In this document: positions 29,759-36,514 of the stretch, one piece after another
Numbering within the stretch: position 1 is the first letter of the stretch
How the letters are laid out: every line of letters begins with the position of its first letter
Virus record (IMG/VR): IMGVR_UViG_3300045141_000181
Coordinates: 1 to 64,000 of that record
Strand: one strand, 5' to 3'
Source of the DNA: a virus
DNA: 64,000 nucleotides
The notes under the pieces: model-generated
The model's input: only the letters and a program-made list of their open reading frames with translations
The model's database searches: none
What the model was told of the DNA's origin: nothing
Translations under genes and position numbers: made by a program

Positions 29759-29992
29759 ATGGAACATATAGCAGATCGGATCAAGGCGCACTTGGCAGCC
29801 GATCCGAACAATGTGATCGTGGTGGCCACGTATACGAAGGCTTGGCAGATCCAGCAGAAGGACATCGATAAATTCGCCAAACGCGGTTATGAGCTAATCA
29901 GCAAGCGTGACGGCGAATCCGGATTCTACATGCAGCAGGGTAAATCCAAGGTCTATTGCACTGGCGGTGTTCGCTTCGGAGCTTACCGCTAA
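29759..29992 (+). CDS. Hypothetical small protein (cassette 1)
   Basis: Directly at a leaderless promoter. Confidence 0.55.
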   Translation: MEHIADRIKAHLAADPNNVIVVATYTKAWQIQQKDIDKFAKRGYELISKRDGESGFYMQQGKSKVYCTGGVRFGAYR

Positions 29993-30160
29993 ACCGGGAG
30001 CCTAACATGCCACTCAGCCAAATCCTAGAAGCTATCAACGATTGCCACTTAAGCCAGGAGGAACTGCGCGATGTTTACTCGGCAGTCACTCAACGATTGG
30101 CCCAGAACGAAACGCAAGAAATGGAATTCGACCCAGACGAAAATTATTTTGCATTAGCTC

Positions 30161-30195
30161 TTGACATAACCAGCTAGCAGGTTTAATATAAGGAC
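30161..30195 (+). promoter_or_regulatory. Leaderless sigma70 promoter 2
   Basis: TTGACA-17-TAATAT-6 nt-ATG(30196); spacer AACC-a-GCTAGC-a-GGTT. Confidence 0.75.
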
Positions 30196-30414
30196 ATGAG
30201 CAAAACGACAGTATGCCCAGAGAATCTAAAACAGCTAGCTAGGAATGTAGGGTTAAGAGCAAAGTCTAGCGATGGCCAGATAGTTATCTATGCGGACGGA
30301 AAGCAAATTTGGAATTTCACAATCCAGGAAGCCCTTAGCACTATTGAAGCTTATGCTGGAAGCCATGAGAACTATGAGATGGCGCTTAAAAATTATAAGG
30401 CATTATCCGCATAG
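30196..30414 (+). CDS. Hypothetical small protein (cassette 2)
   Basis: Directly at a leaderless promoter. Confidence 0.55.
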   Translation: MSKTTVCPENLKQLARNVGLRAKSSDGQIVIYADGKQIWNFTIQEALSTIEAYAGSHENYEMALKNYKALSA

Positions 30415-30423
30415 GAGCATGAC

Positions 30424-30627
30424 ATGTTTACAAACGAAACCATCGAACAATATCGGCCAGCCGTTGAGCTATTTGCCGATGCATTCGGCAGACCGGAAGC
30501 AGTTCTGTTGAACTTTGAGACCGGCGAACTTACCGCCATCGAGGATATGCGGTGCTTGCCTGAATTGCGCTATTCGATTCGCGCGGAGTACATCTACAGT
30601 ACTCCGTGGTCTGGAGGTGCTGTTTGA
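30424..30627 (+). CDS. Hypothetical small protein
   Basis: AGGAG SD; coupled to the next ORF. Confidence 0.5.
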   Translation: MFTNETIEQYRPAVELFADAFGRPEAVLLNFETGELTAIEDMRCLPELRYSIRAEYIYSTPWSGGAV

Positions 30628-30821
30628 CATCCTACAAACCAGTCTGGGATCTAACCACGATCCCAGATCCCCAATTCAATTCCGAACACGCGCGCCGCAA
30701 TAGCGCGAAGCGCAAGACCCATTCCGGGGGCAAGGACGGCAGGCCGCGAACCGATGCGCCTAGATGCGCTTGTGGGCTCATGACGGCTAGATTGGCTACA
30801 ATCCGTAAGCATATCTGTTAG
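30624..30821 (+). CDS. Small basic Cys/His protein (putative DNA-binding)
   Basis: TTG start after GGAGG; DLTTIPD..SE..RR motif, GRPR, CAC...HIC. Confidence 0.45.
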   Translation: MTSYKPVWDLTTIPDPQFNSEHARRNSAKRKTHSGGKDGRPRTDAPRCACGLMTARLATIRKHIC

Positions 30822-31013
30822 GCGCTAGCGCTCTTCGCCTTCTCAAACCCGCGCAATTGCAGGAACTTAGCGATCGATCCGTTTGGCTGAACTAGAATGT
30901 CCAATTCCTCAAGAATGCCCGCAAGATCCGACACTTGCTTTTCCAGGCTTCTCACTTTGGCTTCGAGGTCGGCTTTTGTGTCGACAGCCACAAAAATAAA
31001 TCCATTTTTCTTC

Positions 31014-31048
31014 TTGACTCTCTACATGCACGCATGTAATATTGAGAC
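31014..31048 (+). promoter_or_regulatory. Leaderless sigma70 promoter 3
   Basis: TTGACT-17-TAATAT-6 nt-ATG(31049); palindrome TACATGC-ac-GCATGTA. Confidence 0.75.
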
Positions 31049-31339
31049 ATGGAAACGAAACCGGCTTCTAAAGTTTTCTCAGAGATTCGGCGGTTGCTTG
31101 CTTCCGCTAACTCGCGGGCTAATGGGCTGTACGTCTACTTGTCTACCAACCAAGAACGAGACCTCTTGAGGTTGGTGAGCGATGCCAGATTCCGGGGTGG
31201 CCTACAGACTCATTCCGAATATCGTGGCTCCTCAAGAGCGTTGCTGATCGGGCGCAACCAATACTCTATCGTTGACGGATGCCTTATGGACATGCTGGAA
31301 GAGTCTAGGCGCATCGCATCGGAGGCGGAAAATGTCTAA
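31049..31339 (+). CDS. Hypothetical protein (cassette 3)
   Basis: Directly at a leaderless promoter. Confidence 0.5.
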   Translation: METKPASKVFSEIRRLLASANSRANGLYVYLSTNQERDLLRLVSDARFRGGLQTHSEYRGSSRALLIGRNQYSIVDGCLMDMLEESRRIASEAENV

Positions 31340-31832
31340 CCGGATCGACTGGAACGCGCTGGAGGGAGTCGCAAAACGAATCCATGAACTCAATAAAATC
31401 AACGATGCGGCCTCACACTTGCGAGTAGCGCTCTCGCAAGTAATTCCACAAGATGACCGGGTGATTATCGGACATATAGAAGCGGCATTGCACGCGCTGG
31501 AGTCGTGCCATTTGGCCGATGACGAACCATCGAAAGATCCGCCCATGAGACGCAACCTACCCACCGATCCAGCTTGGACTTGTCCGCCATGTAAAACGAC
31601 CAACCTGCCAGACGCCGAGAACTGCCGGGTGTGTGGCTATCCAACTCACGATTTAACCACCGTACCGGACGAACAACTATACTCCGAAACGCAGCGTAGG
31701 CGAGCGCTAAAGCGTTCGTATCAACTGAAAACATCCAAGAGCGAGACAGTGAACGAATCCCGTCGCAAGAAACGTGAGGCGATGCGCAAGTATCGGGAAA
31801 AGCTGAAGTCAAGGCTTCTTAGTGCTCACTAG
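31332..31832 (+). CDS. RanBP2-type zinc finger protein with basic C-terminus
   Basis: WTCPPCKTTN....CRVC; start MSNRIDW after GGAGG. Confidence 0.6.
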   Translation: MSNRIDWNALEGVAKRIHELNKINDAASHLRVALSQVIPQDDRVIIGHIEAALHALESCHLADDEPSKDPPMRRNLPTDPAWTCPPCKTTNLPDAENCRVCGYPTHDLTTVPDEQLYSETQRRRALKRSYQLKTSKSETVNESRRKKREAMRKYREKLKSRLLSAH

Positions 31833-31975
31833 CCATTGGTGCGTCGCAATCCCGTACACACCGCGCAAGTAATCGCGGGCAAACGCTTTGAATTGCTTCC
31901 AGTTGAGCGGCATGACGGTTTGATTCTTGGCGATTGCGGATGTTTTGGTCAGATAGAACGTCTGCGCGGGCTGCG

Positions 31976-32209
31976 TCATTGCGTGCGCAGCCAAACGCGG
32001 AACTGAGTGCCTTTGGGGAACTGAATCACCCGACGAATCGTGCGCACGTGATTCTTGACGCTCTGCTCCGTGATGCTCAGCTCTTCGGCCGTATCGCTGT
32101 TGCGATAGCCGCTCAGGATACAGTCCAGCACTTCGTTCTCGCGCGCGGAGAGTAGTGGACGCTTATCGGCCAATACCTCAAGCCTCGCGACCATCAGACG
32201 AACTCCCAC
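31976..32209 (-). CDS. LuxR-type HTH protein (stand-alone)
   Basis: LSARENEVL..ILSGYRNSDTAEELSITEQSVKNHVRTI. Confidence 0.75.
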   Translation of the reverse strand: MGVRLMVARLEVLADKRPLLSARENEVLDCILSGYRNSDTAEELSITEQSVKNHVRTIRRVIQFPKGTQFRVWLRTQ

Positions 32210-32562
32210 TCAACATCGGTGTTGTCTTTCATCTCCAGCCAATCCCAAACCAGTTGCCCGAGGTCGATGCCGGCGCCGTTTGTGGTGTGGGCTTCGATCG
32301 GCTGGTTGTACATCTTGCGCTGATTGCTTTCAGACAACGGCCGCGCACCACGCAGCACATATTCGTCATCCTGCTCAGACCACGGGCCGGTGTCCAACAC
32401 TTCGGCCTGTATTACCTTACCGTTCAATGGGTTGCGAACACGTACCCAACGCTTCTTGACTGCCACAGATGGCAGCGCTACAAACGCGCGCTCATTGCTG
32501 ATTGGCCAACCGGTTGAGGTCTGGCCGCCCTCGAGACCTTCTCTCGTGGCCTTAACGATCAT
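32194..32562 (-). CDS. Putative endolysin, RlpA-like double-psi beta-barrel
   Basis: FVALP...VRVRN...NGK...VLDTGPW...AGIDL pattern; adjacent to a holin-like gene. Confidence 0.55.
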   Translation of the reverse strand: MIVKATREGLEGGQTSTGWPISNERAFVALPSVAVKKRWVRVRNPLNGKVIQAEVLDTGPWSEQDDEYVLRGARPLSESNQRKMYNQPIEAHTTNGAGIDLGQLVWDWLEMKDNTDVEWEFV

Positions 32563-32837
32563 TTGGGAGGCTCAACCGTGGTGGATTGCACTGCGGGCTG
32601 ATTCGGTGGTGGCTGCCAACGCTTGTACAGCGACAGCACAGCTCCACCGATGGCGATAGCGGAGAGCCGATGGAAATCAATCTTGTTCAGCTCGATCTTG
32701 CCTTTGGACAGATCCACAGCTTGCACGTAGATATCGCCCAGCGCACCAACTGCGCCGCCGACGGCAATACTAAACGTTGATTTCAGCCAAACCTGCCATG
32801 ACGGCGGGAGTTCAATGGAAATCAGCTTAAGAGCCAT
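32559..32837 (-). CDS. Putative holin
   Basis: 92 aa with two hydrophobic segments; ATGA-coupled to the lysin candidate. Confidence 0.55.
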   Translation of the reverse strand: MALKLISIELPPSWQVWLKSTFSIAVGGAVGALGDIYVQAVDLSKGKIELNKIDFHRLSAIAIGGAVLSLYKRWQPPPNQPAVQSTTVEPPK

Positions 32838-32881
32838 AGCAACAGCCTGAAGAACGGATCGTATAGAATCGGCGGAAGCGT

Positions 32882-33154
32882 TTAGTTCTCCGCAGCCTTA
32901 GCCTGCCTGCGCTTCACTTTGGCCGCTTCGTAATCCCAGACCTTTTGCGCGAGAAAGTCGTTTTTCACGTGCAACTGATCGCAAGCCGTCTTTTCGTGCT
33001 TCAGTTCTGCCCGGGCGACTTCCAGATCAAAATCTAGCTTCGTGATGCGCTTTTCGAGAATCCGGCCGGTAATCGTCCATGCAATGGCGGCTCCCAGCGT
33101 CGCGCCGGATGCGGCACCCCAGAACACCGGAATGGCATGTGCTAACGGTCCCAT
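32882..33154 (-). CDS. Membrane-anchored coiled-coil protein (lysis cassette)
   Basis: One TM segment then a heptad region; likely start MGPLAH. Confidence 0.4.
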   Translation of the reverse strand: MGPLAHAIPVFWGAASGATLGAAIAWTITGRILEKRITKLDFDLEVARAELKHEKTACDQLHVKNDFLAQKVWDYEAAKVKRRQAKAAEN

Positions 33155-33660
33155 CCGTCCGCGCGGCCCCATTCCAAGCCTGGTTCCAGCACGGCCGCCT
33201 TCGTTGTGCGCCAGCACTCTTGCCATTTGGAGGGCCTGGATTCTAGCCGTATCCATTTGACACGCTTGGACTTCCAGCAAATCGTGTACTCGTTACGGCG
33301 CAGCCGTACAATAGCTTGGCGCGGTTCGATTGATAGGCTTGAGCCATCCAGCAGGAGCTTCACCTTGGGATGGTCAGGGCGCTCTAGAAGCGCAATCGCC
33401 TGCTCTGCTTTGTAGGACACGTGGAAGGGAATCAAAAGGGTTCGCGATGGAACCCGGCACGCGATCAGATTGGCCCCTGAGCGAATACTTCCTTTGGGCG
33501 GCAAAGCGCGGGGTAGGCGCTCTCGCAACGCTTCACCCCGCCTTGTTCAAATGCTTTGTTGTTTGTAGGGTATAGTACTTTCCCTACGTAGTAAATAGCG
33601 TAGGCGGGGCTACTGTGGAAAGCCTGTTAAAAGTATTTACCGCTTTACCGAAGATTTCTC

Positions 33661-33695
33661 TTGCAATGTGGTAGGCATGCCTATATAGTTATGAC
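33661..33695 (+). promoter_or_regulatory. Leaderless sigma70 promoter 4
   Basis: TTGCAA-17-TATAGT-6 nt-ATG(33696); palindrome TAGGCATGCCTA. Confidence 0.7.
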
Positions 33696-33965
33696 ATGAG
33701 GATTGAAGCGAAAAACCTAAAAGGAATCCTAAGAACTCGTCGCACTTACGATGTGAGAGTAGATTCCAAAACTGGTCAGAAATCTGAAGTATCGCCGCTT
33801 GAATGTACGTGCTGCCACAAGCAGATTTACATTGTCTCCGAATTGGAGAATGGGGATCTTGTCGGCTCTGAATGCCAAGGGCTTCTTTCGATTCCGGTAT
33901 ATCGCCTAGGTCGCACATTGACCACTAAACAAGCCGCTTACGCGGGAGCGCGGGGATTGCTATGA
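33696..33965 (+). CDS. Cys-containing hypothetical protein (cassette 4)
   Basis: CTCC...GSEC; at a leaderless promoter. Confidence 0.55.
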   Translation: MRIEAKNLKGILRTRRTYDVRVDSKTGQKSEVSPLECTCCHKQIYIVSELENGDLVGSECQGLLSIPVYRLGRTLTTKQAAYAGARGLL

Positions 33966-34135
33966 CGCTGAGGCTTAAATGTCTACGGTGTGGCCATGAA
34001 TGGCTGAGGCGCAATCTTGATAAGCTACCTGCGAATTGCCCAAACCGTGAATGCAACTCGCCGTACTGGAACAAGGAAAGAAAGCTCGCCGCGATTCGGA
34101 AGCACAAATGCAACGCAGAGGAAGGAACAAAATGA
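33962..34135 (+). CDS. Small zinc-ribbon protein (57 aa, below ORF-track cutoff)
   Basis: Manual translation MTLRLKCLRCGHEWLRR...PANCPNRECNSPYWNKERK; ATGA-coupled at both ends. Confidence 0.65.
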   Translation: MTLRLKCLRCGHEWLRRNLDKLPANCPNRECNSPYWNKERKLAAIRKHKCNAEEGTK

Positions 34136-34365
34136 AAAAAACCGCAGTGGAAATACGCTCTGAAGTATATCTTGCCAATCAGATAGTCGACTTGGAGGAT
34201 GAGAACAAACGGCTGCGGAATGAGATCGCGCGGAAGGATGAGATTATCCGGCTAATGTGGAACGGAAACGACTACTTTTTATCGCTAGAGATAGCGGAGC
34301 GCAACGCACGAGAGGCAATTGAGCGTACATTATCCGCAGACCAGAAGAACGCGCCATTCGACTAG
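34132..34365 (+). CDS. Small coiled-coil protein
   Basis: Start MKKTAVE; followed by a GC hairpin. Confidence 0.5.
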   Translation: MKKTAVEIRSEVYLANQIVDLEDENKRLRNEIARKDEIIRLMWNGNDYFLSLEIAERNAREAIERTLSADQKNAPFD

Positions 34366-34447
34366 GGATATGCGGACCGCTGGCGTGTGCAATCGCTTCG
34401 CCAGCGGCCTTCAGATCCAAAAGATCGAGAAGGGGAATAGAGAGTAA

Positions 34448-34645
34448 ATGAAAAAACTATTGGTTGTGGTAGCGGTTTCCGCCTTGACAACGTTCGCCGC
34501 CACCACACCCGTACAGGCTACCCGTGTTATCGAAAAGCCTGTCGTTCATGCTATCACCGTCAACGTGAAGCAGGAGTTGCCAGTCCAGACGAGCCAAAGT
34601 ATTTGGGGAGACCTCCAAGCGCTTGCTGGCTTCTTCTCGTTGTAG
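34448..34645 (+). CDS. Small secreted protein
   Basis: MKKLLVVVAVSALTTFA signal peptide; followed by a hairpin at about 34656-34684. Confidence 0.55.
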   Translation: MKKLLVVVAVSALTTFAATTPVQATRVIEKPVVHAITVNVKQELPVQTSQSIWGDLQALAGFFSL

Positions 34646-34655
34646 ATAGGAGCGT

Positions 34656-34684
34656 GCCGGGAGCCCCGACTGTGGGCTCCCGGT
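34656..34684 (+). terminator. Stem-loop / probable terminator
   Basis: GCCGGGAGCCC-cgactgt-GGGCTCCCGGT; weak T tail. Confidence 0.45.
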
Positions 34685-34831
34685 TCCCAACTTTAACCCT
34701 TAATTCTCCGATTTTATGTTAAATGCACGCTTGTATTGCCAGATTGTTACGGCTATACTACGCGCAATTCAGCCCCGCCTATTGCGACCGGGCTATGTAG
34801 TCTCCCTAAACCGAACCAATCGGAGGTTCTC

Positions 34832-35635
34832 ATGAAATTCCCTACATTTGTTCTCATCGCAGTATCCCCGCTTTTCGCCTCGCCCATCATCACCAACAGT
34901 GTCACGTGCGGCGCAACCGGATTTCAATCAACCACAGGCACAACGTTCTGCGAAGCAGGCTTGGCGTCTAGTCCTATATCGCCGCAATACAACCCGCCGT
35001 ACGGTACGGCATCCAGTTCGGCAAGCGTACAACTGCAGCAGCAAGCCAGCGATCAACTGGTTATCAATATCCTAAGCAGCGCAACGTCAAGAGACGGCCT
35101 GTCTTGGTATCAGACGCAAGGGCAGTATTTGGATCGCGCCATCTCAGCTCCAGGCTTCGCGGCGGCCGAGACAACTCTTCACATTGATCTATCCACGGAT
35201 GGCCCGCAACGTCAGGGCATCTTCACCATGCAAGTAACCCCGATCTGGCAGGGCGGATTTGGCGATACGAGCGCAATGGCCACTTTCAGCATCGGATCGC
35301 ATCACTACACCTGTGCTGGCGCTGGCTCATCTTCGCCCAACTGCGACACGCCTGGGATATTCTCGACTGATCCGCTCACGCTCATGTTGGGAACGTCATT
35401 CACATTCGATAGCGATGTTAAATTCTCGAACGAAGCGGATAATGGCAACCAGAACGGCTTCGCGGGCCTATTGCTTAAGTTCAATTTTTACGAAGCAGAC
35501 GGCATTACGCCAGTGCTCGCGATTGATCCGCCTGATTCAGTGCCCGAGCCCGCCACGTGGGGGTTCATGGGATTGGCTAGCCTCGGCTGCGCCATTCATG
35601 CGTGGCGAAAGAGCGAAGGAAGGGGGAAGGGATGA
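34832..35635 (+). CDS. PEP-CTERM sorting-domain surface protein
   Basis: Signal MKFPTFVLIAVSPLFA-SPI; C-terminal VPEPATWGFMGLASLG..WRK; own promoter TTGTAT-17-TATACT. Confidence 0.88.
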   Translation: MKFPTFVLIAVSPLFASPIITNSVTCGATGFQSTTGTTFCEAGLASSPISPQYNPPYGTASSSASVQLQQQASDQLVINILSSATSRDGLSWYQTQGQYLDRAISAPGFAAAETTLHIDLSTDGPQRQGIFTMQVTPIWQGGFGDTSAMATFSIGSHHYTCAGAGSSSPNCDTPGIFSTDPLTLMLGTSFTFDSDVKFSNEADNGNQNGFAGLLLKFNFYEADGITPVLAIDPPDSVPEPATWGFMGLASLGCAIHAWRKSEGRGKG

Positions 35636-35874
35636 GCTTAGAAGAATTTCGATCAAACCTCGACGATCTCTACACGATCACTCTAGCTTCTGATTCTCAC
35701 ACCATGACTAGACTAACCGCACATATTGAAATAAGCGAAGCGTGCGGCGTACAGTCTACGTTCTACCGCATAAAAGGACCGGAAGCCAATCTTAGGACGC
35801 AAAGCATAGCAGAAGCTACCAGAGCTTACTATGGTCTAGTCTACGCCGCGAAGGAAGGAGCGAAGGGGAGATGA
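35632..35874 (+). CDS. Hypothetical protein
   Basis: Start MSLEEF, ATGA-coupled. Confidence 0.45.
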   Translation: MSLEEFRSNLDDLYTITLASDSHTMTRLTAHIEISEACGVQSTFYRIKGPEANLRTQSIAEATRAYYGLVYAAKEGAKGR

Positions 35875-36290
35875 CGAAAGATCAGGAAGCAATACTTGCA
35901 TTAACCGGACAACTAGCCGCATCCCAGAAGCGCGAAGCTGGGTTGACTAAGGACGTAGCTGACTGGAAGCAGATGTATGAGGAACAGACGCAAGCCTACA
36001 CCTACCTACGCGACACGGCGGGCAAGCTACAGGCGGAAAAGGAAGCGTTGCGGATTGAACGCGACCAGATCCAGGGATATTTGACACTGGCTGACGAAGT
36101 GAAGGATATCCAGTGCAAAATGATCGGTAAATTGACGCAAGAAAACGACCGGTTGCGGGCTGCGTTGGTCCGCTCGCGTAAATGGGCTATGGTTGACGCG
36201 GATCGAATGACAGAAGAGGATATCGACCGATACAACGAAGATGCGGAGTTTATCAAGCAAGCGCTAGCCGGAACAACGGAGGTCAAATGA
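35871..36290 (+). CDS. Coiled-coil hypothetical protein
   Basis: Heptad-rich; shares ENDRLR.AL and KQALAG with the next ORF. Confidence 0.5.
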   Translation: MTKDQEAILALTGQLAASQKREAGLTKDVADWKQMYEEQTQAYTYLRDTAGKLQAEKEALRIERDQIQGYLTLADEVKDIQCKMIGKLTQENDRLRAALVRSRKWAMVDADRMTEEDIDRYNEDAEFIKQALAGTTEVK

Positions 36291-36514
36291 CACGAGACGA
36301 GAACTTTAGAAGAGTGCTCAGGGCGAGCAGATTAGCCAGCGAGGGTGTAACGATGGAATCACTTATCGAAGAAAACGACCGGCTGCGGTCTGCGTTGAAA
36401 TTAATTCAGTTTACGGCTGAGCCTCTAGATTCATTAGGCGCTGATTTGATCGCTCATACAGCCAAGCAAGCGCTCGCCGGGGAGAAGGTTCAGGAAGCAA
36501 CGCCCACCGCATAG
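36287..36514 (+). CDS. Small coiled-coil protein (paralogue of the previous ORF)
   Basis: Shared motifs; converges on the relaxase gene. Confidence 0.45.
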   Translation: MTRDENFRRVLRASRLASEGVTMESLIEENDRLRSALKLIQFTAEPLDSLGADLIAHTAKQALAGEKVQEATPTA

